From: the human T2T-CHM13v2.0 reference genome, Homo sapiens
Strand: one strand, 5' to 3'
Assembly (NCBI RefSeq): GCF_009914755.1
Contig: NC_060939.1
Length of the DNA stretch: 64,000 bases
Made by a program: the position numbers and the translations under genes. The notes beneath the pieces are model-generated. The model saw only the letters and a program-made list of their open reading frames with translations, did no database searches and was not told the origin of the DNA. Below, piece by piece: positions 29,006 to 44,128 of this stretch; the first letter of the stretch is position 1; each line of letters begins with the position of its first letter.

Positions 29006-29227
29006 CAGGTTGAATATCCCTAATCAGAAAATGAGAAATGTTCCAAAGTCTGTTTTGAGTGCTGACATGATGCTCAAAGGAAGTGCTCAATGGAGCATTT
29101 CAGAGTTTGGATTTTCAGATTAGGGATGCTGAACTTGTAAATATAATGCAGATATTCCAAAAGCCAAAAAAAAAAATCCAAAACACTTCTGGTCTCAAGC
29201 ATTTGGGATAAGAGATATGCGGCCTAT
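29006..29227. mobile_element. Tigger4a (MER46A)-like Tc1/mariner MITE
   Basis: ta-caggttgaatatccct...ggagcatttcagagtttggattttcagattagggatgct...caagcatttgggataagagatat. Confidence 0.8.
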
Positions 29228-30184
29228 ACTGGCTCAGACTAAGTTCAACAGAGTTCTTTTATGTAGGGCTTGTCAGAGAACCTAATTTCTGAAAGTAATC
29301 TGTGAGTCTCCAAGTGGTTTTTAGAGTGTGCATCATTTCCTAAACTAGTTGATTGTGGAGCCCTTTTCTTGAGGTGTATGTCAGGCAGGCCACATGTTAA
29401 GACCTGATTCTTTATGTGAGATACCAATATTCAAAGTACAAGAAATATAATTAACAGTAAAACTCAACGAATGTAATTTGCTTCTTAATGATTCCAAAGG
29501 TACTTTAGATCTTGCAATATATTAGGCTGGGTTGTCTGTATGAACTTATTTAAGTATTACTAAAAATACCCTCTGTCTGTTTATTCCTTTCGGGAGTTTA
29601 AGTTTATGTGGTTACAGATAATGAATGCTGTGTTCAGTTTGAACACTTAGAGTTTTGTTTATTTTTAATCAGTGTGAGTGAGCCTTAACTGTAACATTTT
29701 AATATTTTCTTGCCAGTCTTTGGATTTACCCCATTTCCACTTTCCCTAGCCAGGACTTGAGTTGCCCTTGAAAGATTTGCATGTAGTGTTAGAGACCCTA
29801 TGCTCACCCCCTATCTTCCTTTTTGCAAACACCCACTGCACTGCTAATGATTGATGCTCCCCACACCCCAACTAATCAACTCTGTGAGATGGCAGTCATG
29901 TTTGTTTTGTTCACTGCTGTATCCCCCAGGCCTGATGCACAGTAGGCCTTCCGTAAACGTATGTTGAATTAGAGAATTTTGTGAACCAGGCTGTCAAGTT
30001 GAAAATCCACCCAGGCCAGGTAAGTAGAAATAGAAGCCAGTTTTAACCAGAGTAGAGGCTGTAAAGTTTGGATTTGGTTTTGTGGAAATCTCTGGTTATT
30101 GCTCTTCAGAGCACTGTACCCAGGGAATAATATATTTCTACCCTGTTGAGCAGAGTAGATTTCCCTGTAAAGAAAGATTAAAGA

Positions 30185-30489
30185 GGCTGGGCGCGGTGGC
30201 TCATGTCTATAGTCCCAGCACTTTGGGAGGCCAAGGCAGAAGGATTGCTAGAGCCCAGGAGTTTGAGACCAGCCTGGACAACATCTCAAGACTCTGTCTC
30301 TACCAAAAAATAAAAAAAATTAGCTGGGCATGGCACCGCACACCTTTAGTCCCAGATACTTGGGAGGCTGAGGTGGGAGGATCACCTGAGGTAAGAAGTT
30401 CAAGGTTGCTGTGAGCCGAGAGTGCGTCCCTGCACTCCAGCCTGGGCAACAGACAGAAACCCTATCTCAAAAATAAATAATAAATAAAA
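30185..30489 (+). mobile_element. AluJ-type SINE
   Basis: Sense dimer with (AAAT)n tail. Confidence 0.9.
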
Positions 30490-30857
30490 GATGTAAGGAT
30501 TAGTGCAGCTAAGGTGATAGATAATAGTACAGCTGCAAGCCAACCTCTAATCGAGTGTTACTGCTGTCAGCACTCACTTAAAATCTCAGACATTCTCTAG
30601 TTGGTCCATTTCTGTTTCCCTTTGCTTCTGTCATTCACTTCCTTCAACCTCTTTTCTCTTACTTTGCATCACCTCCCGTCCCACTTCCATCTTCCTCCTT
30701 GCTTTTTTCTGCTAGCCCACCTTCCTGCACAAAACTGGCCACTCTTGCCATCTTAGTCAACTAAAGTTTAGTGGTTTCCAAACGTTACTTAAGTAACATT
30801 TGGAATGGAATAAAATTTATTGCCTGCTCCTAGTTTACAAAGTGGATTAGTCAAAAC

Positions 30858-31155
30858 TTTTTTTTTTTTTTTAAGACAGCGTCTTGCTTTGTTACCCAGG
30901 CTGGAGTGCAGTGGCACAACCATGGCTCACTCAGCCTTGACCTCCTGGGCTCAAGTGATCCCCCCACCTCAGCCTCCCAAGTAACTGGGACTACAGGTGC
31001 GCACCATGCATGGCCAGTTTTTTAAACTTTTTTTTTGTTGAGACGAGATGTTGCTGTGCTGCCCAGGCTAGGCTCAAACTCCTGGGCTCCTGTGATTCCC
31101 CCAGCCTCAGCCTACCAAAGTGCTGGGATTACAGGTGTGGGTTACTGTGCCCAAC
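30858..31155 (-). mobile_element. AluJ-type SINE
   Basis: Antisense dimer; flanks gattagtcaaaac / gattactcaaaat are TSD-like. Confidence 0.9.
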
Positions 31156-31666
31156 TGATTACTCAAAATTTTACATTTGGCTAAACTAAAGCAATTTTCT
31201 CTTTGTGTGTGACCTGACTGATTTTTTTCCTCCAGTAGGGGTCTTTGACCCTTGCTAGATTATATGGAATTACTGAAAGTTTCCTTTGAAAGTGTAGTTG
31301 AGAAAAATGAGACCAAACTTTCTGCTGCCATAGTAAGTGACTACAGTTTATCTCTAGAGCTCAGGGGTTGTGAGTTCCCTCATTGTGTTCTTGTGCTTTT
31401 CAGTATATAGAAAGATATTTCTTTATTCATTTTCTTGAATTCCTTTTACATACATAAAATACTTTGCATTTATAGCATATGTTTTTTAGTACTTACTGTC
31501 ATTGCCACCATAACTTTAAGTGTGATTCTTAAGATAGACATTGTCACAATTCTGTTACCTGAAACCTGTCCCTGACCAGCTTTGACCCTCGCCTTGCTGA
31601 GGTAAGGTTTATGATAGGGCCTGTGGTCCCTTCTGGCGCAAATGTTTCCTGTGAAGTGGCTTATGA

Positions 31667-32031
<365 letters not shown>

Positions 32032-32269
32032 TAAATAGGAGAAGGTTCATGATGTGAGGACACAGGGTGAGGCAGACATCCCAGAGTAACCTTAAAGGAC
32101 AGAATATTTTAAAAAATTTTAAAAAAAAGAACAGAGGGATAAGTACTTAGGACATGAGTAAGCCCTCAGTCTTACCCAAGCTTAGTGGCTTCATCCTGGT
32201 TTCTCAGTACACTGAGGCAGTAGGAGGTGATGGATTCTGCAGTTCTTAGAGTGCAAACTATTCGTATTA

Positions 32270-32470
32270 ATAATAGCCACCATTTCTTGGATGCCCTCTG
32301 TGTTGCAAGCACCATGTTAGATGCTTTAAAGATGTTATCTCATTTAATCCTTTCAACCCTGTGAGGTGGCAGGTATCATTTCCCTTTAGCAGATAAGACA
32401 CCAGAGGTTAGAAACTTGTCCGAGGTCATACATTTAAGCTGAGATTCAAATCCACTGGTCCTGGCTCTCA
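32270..32470 (-). mobile_element. MIR SINE
   Basis: atctcatttaatcct...aaccctgtgagg...cttgtccgaggtcatac. Confidence 0.7.
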
Positions 32471-34312
32471 CCTGTTAGGTTGTTGCTCTCTGTTAACTAG
32501 CTATGTTCATTGCATTTCCCATTCTTTGGTCTTCTGCTAAGCTACAGATTTCACAGGACAACTGGGTTTTAAGCAGGCATCTTGAATCTGCATTATCAGG
32601 ATTTTGTTAAGTTTCGACTTACTGTGGAAGTTGGTTACAGCTCTACCTTAGGTTCCTGTGTTTGAGGAAGTTGAAGTCATCTTCAGCCCTGTGCCAGTTA
32701 ACTCCTGAAGCTAGATATTTTGTGACGCCCTCTGAATCTGCCCTCTTTGCTGTCTGAAATGAGTTGGGAGGGCATCCCTTGGGAGTTTTTTTCCTTTCCC
32801 CTTTCTCCTGCTCAGGTTTCAGGCAGCCTGCCCTACCAAGAGTTCCCCAGGAGCTGGTTCTTTCCATTGCCCTTTGCCTAGAGTGCTGTTCCCCCACCAG
32901 TGCTGCATGTACCTATCTTCTCAGGAGTTAGTCAAGGCCCAGCTGAAAGCTTCCTTGAGCCCTTGGCTGGCTTGCACTCTTTTCTCTGCTCTTGGGACCT
33001 GCTCCTGTATCCGTGTGAGCCTAGGATTTCTGTCTTCAGCCTTCTGCTGGATTATATGCTGCTTGAGGGCAAGCACTGTGTCCTAGTTTCCTTATAGTTC
33101 CCAAAGTGCTTGGCACACTTGGTAAATATTTGGATAAGTACACCAGTCTCTAAGGCTGAAAGGGCTTTTATTCATGTTCCACGAGTCTATCTCACCTTGT
33201 TTAGATTTAACAAAAGTTGTTGGGGTGTATTCTGTGTTTTAACAGAAAGCTAAAATACCCTTAAGCCAGTGATTAATCTGTGGGGTGATTAGTAAAGCTT
33301 TTGCCTCCAATTTTGTCTGAGTTAGGGTTAAGCAATGTTCCTGAGTCCCCTCCTTCTGTTCTACTTTTGTTCTGCTCTGTGTGGTAAAGAGTGGTAGAGT
33401 ATCATGTCAGAGAGCTGTTTTGACAAGTTTATATTGCATGTCTTAGCTACAGGCACCATGTGTAGTTTGCCCATCCACACAGGAAGGATGTTGCAGATTT
33501 CCCAGAACTTTGAGGGTGACCTCCAATAATTTGGGATGGGGGGCTTTGCCAGTGCTTTTATTCTGTATTGGTTGGAAATAGACCTTTGCTGTTTTGAATT
33601 CATCCTCTTTCACTGCTTGCCTTCTCCCTTTCATGTCCTATTAGGGAGTACAGGAGCTGCTTCACTTCCTCTTACTCTGCTTATAGGATAACCCAAAGCG
33701 CTGGTGGCACATCAGCAGTTCCCAGGTTGTCTGCAAAGGTTTGGTGTTGATGGCAGCTCCCTAGTGAGGTGTTAAAAGACTATAGGAGGAGGAGCCAGAA
33801 GATGTGTGTTTTGGGTCCAGCTCCATCAGGCTTTGGCTATGTGATACTTGGCAACTCCTGATCCTGAGTTTTCTCAAGTACAGAGTGAAGCTAGAATACC
33901 TGGGTTCTGGTAAGGATAACTAAAAATAATCTGTGTGAAAGTGTTTTGTAAACTCCAAGACACTATCGCATGTAAGGATTGACCATTTTCTTATGAGAAC
34001 CTTTCTCAAAGGCAAACTTGGTTCAAATATATCTATTTTTTAACGCAGATCTCATTTTTAATATAGTTTTTCTCCAATATTTTGTGAAAATTTTCATAGA
34101 GCAAAGTTGAGAGAATTATGCACTCATATGCCTGCCATCTGGATTCTGCAGTTAACAGTTTTCTATATTTGTCTTATATCTGTCCACTCCTTTATCCATC
34201 CATCAACCCATTTTATTTTTGGATTCATTTCAAAGTAAGTTCCACACATCAGTATACTCAACCCCTAAATATTGCAGTATGTATATCAAGTACTAGAGCG
34301 CAAAATTTGAAC

Positions 34313-34436
34313 TTTGGGCATGGTAACACACACCTGTAGTCCCATCTACTCAGGAGCTGAGGCAGAAGGATTGCTCGAGCCCAGGTGTTCGAGACCAGCC
34401 TGGGCAATATAGCAAGACCTCATCTCAAAAAAAAAT
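34313..34436 (+). mobile_element. Alu monomer (FLAM-like)
   Basis: Single monomer ending in catctcaaaaaaaaa. Confidence 0.8.
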
Positions 34437-34439
34437 TAA

Positions 34440-35280
34440 TTCAAAATTAAATAAATTCAAAGTTTACATTTTTAAATGTGAAATGCCATAAAGTAAAATG
34501 TGTAAATTTTATGTGTACCATTTGTGAGATATGACAAATGTATATGTCTATGTACTATGAATCTCTATCAAGATACAGAATTACACAATATTATAATCAC
34601 CCCCAAAAGTTCTATTGTGCTCCCTTTCCATTCTTACCCCCAGCCACCAGCAACCACTGTTCTGAATTTTTTCCATTATAAATTATTTTTGCCTATTCTA
34701 GATTTCATGTAAATAGAACCTTACAGTCTATTCTTTTTTTATAAGGCTTATTTCACTCAGCATAATGTTTTTGAGATTCTTCTATGCTGCACGAGTCAGT
34801 AGTTTGTTCTTTTTTCTAATTAAAGTAGTCTGTTACATGAAGAAACCACAGTTCACTTATCTATTCTTTTGTTATTGGATACTAGGGCTGTTTCTAATTT
34901 TTGGCTATTATGACTAAAGCTACTATGAATATTCTAGTACACATTATTTTGTGGACATGTGCTTTCATTCCCCTTGGTTAAATACCAAGAGGTGAAATTG
35001 CTGGGTCATAGGATAGGTATATGTGTAGCTTTTTAAGAAACTGCTTGACCTTTTCCCAAAATAGTTATCCAATATTACACTCATGCCAACAATGTATAAT
35101 AAAAGTTCAGTTGCTCTACATCCTTCCCATCATTTGGTGTTAATCAGTATTTTAATTTTAGCCATTCTGGTGGGTGTGTAGTGGTATCTCATTGTGGTTT
35201 TGATTTGTATTTCCTTGATGGCTGATGATTTTGAGTACTTTTTCCGTGTGCTTGTTGTTCATTTACTGTATTGCTGTCTT
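34440..35280 (-). mobile_element. Old L1 (L1M) 3' region
   Basis: tttcactcagcataatgtttttgagattc, ttggctattatgactaaagctactatgaatatt, tagccattctggtgggtgtgtagtggtatctcattgtgg. Confidence 0.8.
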
Positions 35281-35309
35281 TTTAAAGTTTTTATTTTAAT
35301 ACTTTTTTA

Positions 35310-36290
35310 TTAAAAGGAAATATAAACATTATGACCTCTGGGTAGGGAAGGACTGATTAAGCAAGTTACACAAGGCATTTACATAAAGGAAATGGTTGAT
35401 AAATTCAACTACGTTAAAATAAAGAACTTCTCATCAAAAGAGAGTGAAAAGGAAAGCGGCAGACTGGAAGAAGACATTTGCAATGCATAGTACCAATAAA
35501 GGATTAGTATTCAGAGAGGTCCTAAAAGTCAATAAGAAAACAACCGCCCAGTTGAAAAATTGGAAAAGGTTGGGACAGGCACAGCACTAAGAGGAAACCA
35601 AATAGCTAATAACTATATGAAAAGGTTTTCAACCTCATTGGGGAAATGCAAATTAAACCCACAATGAAATAACATTTTATACTCATCAAATTGGCAGACA
35701 TTTAAAAGGTTGGCAGTATTTTGAGGAACTGCTCAACATTAAGTAGAGGTGTAAATTAGTTCAACTACTAGGGAAAAACCCATTGTCATTGCCAGGTAGA
35801 GTTGAATATGTGACCCTGTGACATAGCAGCTTCTCTTCTAGAAACTCTTATATATCTTTACTGGAAACATGTACGAGAATTTTCAGAGCAGCATTACTTT
35901 TAATTCCAAACTTTCCTGTAAAACCCAAATGTCCATTAACAACATAATGGATAAAAAAGTTATGATATGTTCAAAGAAAGGAATACTTCACAGCTGTGAA
36001 AAATGGATTATAGTTTTAGATATTAACTTTGATAAATCTCAGTGGAGAGAAAGAAGAAGCCATCAAAAAATCTGTAAGTTATGATTCTTTTTATTTAAAG
36101 ATTGATAGGCTGGGAGTGGTGGCTCACACCTGTAATCCCAGCACTTTGGGAGGCCGAGGCAGGAGGATTACTTGAGGCCAGGAGTTTGAGATCAGCCTGG
36201 ACAACATAGCAAGACCCCATCTCTAACAACAAAAAAAAGATTAATAGCTAAACAATATATAGTAATACACATATAGGTGTTAAAACTTAC
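35310..36290 (+). mobile_element. Old L1 (L1ME-like) 3' region with an inserted Alu monomer (about 36107-36238)
   Basis: gaagacatttgcaatgc, gggaaatgcaaattaaacccacaatgaaata, aacccaaatgtccattaac. Confidence 0.7.
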
Positions 36291-37403
36291 CATAAAATCA
36301 GTTCAGGCAAATAAAGTTTATTTTAAGGACTTAAATGTTTAGCATGTTAATTTGAGTGCCTAATATAGAGGCTGTAGGAGGATAACAGGCCCTGCTCTCA
36401 GGGAACAATTAGTCCTTTCTGGAAAGGTGGGGTAGGTCTCTGACCTGGAAGTGATGATGGCACCTTGGGGGATGGATTGTGGAGGCAAGAGCTTGGTCTG
36501 GATTGGTCATAAGGTATAGAAAGAGGAAAGGAGGGAGAGGTTTGACCTGGGCTTAAAAGACTGGGAGGATGTGGATAAGTGGAAAATATATCTCTGGATA
36601 AGGGGAAGGAAGGGTACGGGGGTTGGGTGCATGTTCCAATTATGAGGAGGCTGACCAGAGATAGGACGGGAGGTCTAAAAGCCAGGTTGAGGAGTTTGAA
36701 GTCCATCCTATAAACCTCAGAGAACTCCCAAAGGCATTTCATTTTCAGCGGGGTAGTCAAAGGATAAACATGTTTCATGAAGATTAGGTTTCAGGCAAAA
36801 ATTGCAGTAGGTGGGGTGAGGGACAGCTAGAGGTGGGGCACTATGCAGGACCTATTGCAGTGGTTCAGGCACAAGGTATGACCAGGTATGACTAACTTAG
36901 TGCAGTAGTTTGGGAGAGGAGGGAATGAGAGAAGGAAAAACTGACTAGTGACAAATTGGACTTGGTGAGTGAAAGGGCGGAGAGTGGAGGGTGACTCAGA
37001 GGTTGGGGTTTACCAGCTTAGAAGGACTGTGATAACATGCCACAATTTGTACAGTGCTTTATGGTTTACCAAATGCTATTTTTGTACCTCATCTCATTTG
37101 ATGTTCCCCAAACCATGGGGAGGTGGAAAGGAGGGATTTTATTTTCCCTGTTTAAGGCCTAAAGAAGCAGAAATTCAGAGATTGAATGACTTGTTCAAGT
37201 TTGTGGTGACCACTTACAGAAACAGGTTCACTGTAATAGCATAAGGGAGAAGTCACAGGAAAGCGAATTTAGGGAGTTTTTAAAAAACCTTTCTTGTCTT
37301 TTGGTTCTGAGTTCATCTTATAAAAATAAACTTTTACTTTTCCTGATTGTAAAAGTCATATTCATTGTAGAAAACTTGAAACATATAGAAAAGAACAAGG
37401 ATC

Positions 37404-37722
<319 letters not shown>

Positions 37723-37839
37723 TTAAATTGTACAATCACTTAAATTGCACAGTCAGGAGATAATGTCTCTTAAAATGGTGGTGTGTTTCCTTCCATCCAT
37801 GTAGATTGCTTTAAATAACTATAATTAAAAACTTTTTTG

Positions 37840-38152
<313 letters not shown>

Positions 38153-38928
38153 TATTTTTTAAGCAGTTTTGTTTTTTAGTTCTAGGAAACATTTAACTAT
38201 TATTTATTTAAATGTTGTCCCCTTAAGTTTTCTCATTTTCTCTTCTGCAGCTCCCTCCGAAAGATAGATTGAGACGCATCTTGATCTGTCCTCCGTGTCT
38301 CTTCACTTTTCTTTTACTTCCCCTCTCTGTGCTATCTTCTGGGAGGATTTTTTAGCTCAATATTTTAAGTCACGAATTCATTCCTCAAGGTCTACTCAGC
38401 TCTTCAGCCCACTGAGTTTTTAAATTTGAGTTTTTGTCTTCAGTCTATGGTTTGCTCTTTTTTCTTAATTGCTTATTCATGTTTTATGGTTGCAGCATAC
38501 TTCCTTATCTCTTTGAGGATATTAATTACACTCACTTTAAAGTCCTATTCTGATTGCTGTATTAAAAACACTTTTTATTGAGTTATAAATGTAATCAGCC
38601 AAGGTGTACAAAATCCCTAAGTGTACAGCTTGATGAATTTTCCTCATGCTCCCATGTAATCACCAGCCAAATCAAGACAGAACATTTCCAGCATTCCAGA
38701 AGGCTGCCTTGTGGCTGTTTACTGTTTTTTAGTATTTTTAACATTTTATGAAAAATCTCAAAATACAGCAATCTTGAAGGATTTTTCACAGGGTACCCCT
38801 GTGTACCCAATGCCTGTATTTTACATTAGCATTTTACTGTACTTGCTTTATCACATATATCCATGTATCCATTCTTCTACCTATCATACTCCTTTTTCTT
38901 TGATATATTTTAAAGTAATTGCAAGTGA

Positions 38929-39218
<290 letters not shown>

Positions 39219-39562
39219 AGAGAGAAAAAGCAATTGTAAATGTTAGTATACTATACTTCCCCTTAAATATTTCAGCATGAATTTGATATTTGCTTAGGTT
39301 TTTTCCTTTTGAAGCAACATTTACACACAGTGAAATGCACAAATATTTAGTGTATATTTGCTGAGTTTTGACAAACGCATACATATATCTGCGTAATCCA
39401 AACCTCTATGAAGTTATAGAACATTATTTTCATTCCAGAAAGTTTCATTATGCTCCTTATTGGACAATCTCTTCTTGCAACCACCCTTCTGATTTTTTTC
39501 TTACCACAGATTAGTTTTGCCTGTTCTAATTTTAATATAAGTGGAGTTACACAGTATGTACC

Positions 39563-39863
39563 TTTTTTTTTTTTTCTGAGGCAGGGTCTCCCTCTGTTGC
39601 CTAGACTGGAGTGCAGTGCTGTGATCATAGTTAACTGCAGCCTTGACTTCCCTGGCTCAACTGATCCTCCTCCCACCTCAACCTCCTGGGTAGCTGGGAC
39701 TACAGGTACGCACCACCACTCCTGGCTAATTAAAAAAATTTTTTTTGTAGAGACAGGGTCTCATTATATTGCTCAGGCTGGTCTCAAACTCCTGGGCTCA
39801 AGCAGTCCTCCTGCCTCAGCTTCCCAAAGTGTTGGGATTACAGGTGTGAGCTACCACGCCCAG
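39563..39863 (-). mobile_element. AluJ-type SINE within an old L1
   Basis: Antisense dimer; tatgtacctttt / tatgtactttt flanks. Confidence 0.9.
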
Positions 39864-40424
39864 TGTATGTACTTTTATATAAGACTTCTTTCCCTAAGCG
39901 TTATGTTTTTGGGATTCATCTATGTTTCATGTCTCAGTAGTTCATAATATTACACGATTAACTTTTAAAAGCTCACGATAAATATTGTTAAATTGCCCTC
40001 CAGGAAAATGTGATGAAATTTTGTAATTAAAAAATCCCTGAGTGGCTGGGATTATAGGCATGCACTACTTTACCCTGCCTTGTGGTCAGATTTTTATTTC
40101 ATAAGGAGCATGTGAGAGTGCTTTGTGGTGCATTCATCAATCTGACTGTGAGAGGTGGTATTTTATTGGTATTTTAGTTTAAACTTACTTCATTTATTAT
40201 TTGTTACTCTTTATTTCTCCCTAGTATGTTTTGGACATTTGAATGTCCTCTTCTGTGAATTTTTCATGTTTGTTGCCTATATCTCTATTTTGGTTTTAGA
40301 AGTTAAATTATTACTTAAAAGAACTTTTTAATAAGTTTGAATGTTAAATTTTGACCTCTCATGTGCATTGCAAATTTTTTTCCTCAAGTATCTTTTTCTT
40401 TTTTTTAGATAATGTTTTTAAAAT

Positions 40425-40723
40425 TTTTTTTAATTTAATTATTTTTAGAGCCAGGGTCTTGCTCTGTTGCCCAGGCTGGAGTGCAGTGGCAGCCTCACTG
40501 CAGCCTCAAACTTTTGGACTCAAGTGATCCTCCCACCTTAGCCTCCTGAGTAGCTGGGGCTATAGATGTATGCCACCATGCCTGGCCGATTTTTAAAATT
40601 TTTAAAAAAGAGACAAGGTCTCCCCATGTTGTCCAAGTGGTCTTGAACTCCTGGGCTCAGAGGATACTCCTGCCTTAGCCTCTCAAAATGCTGAGATTAC
40701 AGGCATGAGCTACCGTGCTTGGC
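40425..40723 (-). mobile_element. AluJ-type SINE
   Basis: Antisense dimer. Confidence 0.88.
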
Positions 40724-41067
40724 AGGTATTTGTGTATCTAAACATAGAAAAAATATAATAAAAATACAGTATAAAAGATAAAAAATGGGCTGGGCATGGT
40801 GGCTCATGCCTGTAATCCCAGCACTTTGGGCGGCTGAGGCGGGCAAACCACCTGAGGTCGTAAGTTCAAGACCAGCCTTGCCAACATGGTGAGACCCCAT
40901 TTCTACTTAAAAATACAAAAATTAGGCGGGTATAGTGGCACATGCCTGTAATCGCAGCTACTCAGGAGGCTGAGGCAGGAAAGTCGCTTGAACCCAGGAG
41001 GCAGAGATTGCAGTGAGCCGAGATCACACCACTGCACTCCATCCTGGACAACAGAGCAAGACTCTCT

Positions 41068-41103
<36 letters not shown>

Positions 41104-41445
41104 TGGTACACTTATATAAGGCACTTAGCATGAATGGGCCTTACAGGACTGGAAGCTGCTGAGTGAGTCAGTGAATGAGTGGTGAGTGAATGTGAAGGCC
41201 TACGATATTACTGTGTACTACTGTAGACCTTATAAACACTGTACACTTAGGCTACACTAAATTTGTTTTAAAAATTTTTATTTCTTCGATAATCTCAGCT
41301 TACTGTAACTTTTTTACTTTATAAAGTTTTTTTAACTTTCTGACACATTTGAAGTAATACTTAGCTTAAAACGTGAACATATTGTATAGCTGTAGCTAAG
41401 TATTTTTTTTCTTCACATACTTACTCTATAAGCTTTTCTCCATTA
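40724..41445. mobile_element. Tigger3 (Golem)-like DNA transposon fragment split by an Alu
   Basis: tatttgtgtatctaaacatagaaaaa...aaaaatacagtataaaagat [Alu] ggtacacttatataaggcactta...ttataaacactgtacacttaggctacactaaattt. Confidence 0.7.
40788..41102 (+). mobile_element. AluS-type SINE with a long A tail
   Basis: Sense dimer with about 34 A. Confidence 0.92.
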
Positions 41446-41447
41446 TG

Positions 41448-41747
<300 letters not shown>

Positions 41748-41750
41748 TGA

Positions 41751-42170
<420 letters not shown>

Positions 42171-43372
42171 TAAGATGGGTACAATTTTATAAGGCTTTGT
42201 GCACAAAGACTTGGATTTATTCTTAGAATCTACTTTTAAGTCTTAATTTCAGGTTTTAAAACATTTTAGGGTAGTCTGTAATGAAAAAGCCCTAAATTAA
42301 AAATTTTTTATGTATAAACTTGGCTTTAGATAAGTTACATTTACTTATTGAAATCTTCCATTTTCTTAAGAAATCATTCCTGAGTGGGACCTTTGACTTT
42401 ACCATATCCAACTTACTTTCTCAATTTATGGAGGAGGAAATCGAAACCCTAAGGCAGTTGTGAGACAGGTGCAAGATCACACTGCAAGTATTGGTGAAGC
42501 TGGGACAAGAACCCCAAGCTAACTCTTGTCCTTTATCTCATGGCACCTTTTATATTCATGGGAAGTGAACCAGTTACTTCACTCCCTTTGGTCACTGAGA
42601 TGGCCTGGCCTCAGACTCTGCATGCTCTTCTAATTCAGGTTTGCAAAGTGTAGCCTTGTCCAGCAGGCTTTACTATATCAGAAGCAATAAAGAAGTTGAA
42701 CACTTGGAATTTCTAAACTTGGATGTCACTAGAGGAGTTGCTAGATTACTGCAAAATGGCTCTGTTTTCATTTTGAATGCATGTACAGATACCTATTTTT
42801 TCATCTCAGTTTGTAACCCATGCATTTGGGGTTGGAGTTGGCATGCAGTGAAACCTACAGTATTTATCAATATGTAGTCAGTAACTGTATTTTTGATCAG
42901 CTTCCTTTACTTCCCTAACATTTTTAGGTAAAAACAGGAAGTCTTGTTCCTTTTTTCTCCCCAAATCATTATGCCCTGTCTTTTTGTTATTCTAGAATTA
43001 AGAAATAGGGTCTTAAAAAGCCAAAAACTTCCCATGAGGTGAATTATAGTAAAGGCTTTCCTTGGGATGAAGAAGTCAGGGTTAAAACCTGTGGGCCAGC
43101 AGTATTTTCAAAAGGCACAGAACACCTCTATGGAGATAATTGATAGTTGACTATATGAGCAAACATATACTCGTTTTCAATATTGCTAAAAATCAGTTCT
43201 TCCATTAGACACTAATCTCTAATGAGATTAGTTTTCAGACACTATGAGTTAGAAATTATTTTAGTGGTTTTCTAGTCTGACTTCTTGAACTCCATAGTAG
43301 GTATTCTCTTGTCAATTCTCCCATCTACACAGAGAACTCCAGTTTGGTAAATTTTCCTGATAGGTCACATTC

Positions 43373-43692
<320 letters not shown>

Positions 43693-43781
43693 TAAAATAT
43701 TCCCTCATTCATTCAGCAAACCTTTGGTGCTTACCATGGGCTAGGAACTGCACTGGACACTTGCTGGTAATGTGATGATGA

Positions 43782-44128
<347 letters not shown>

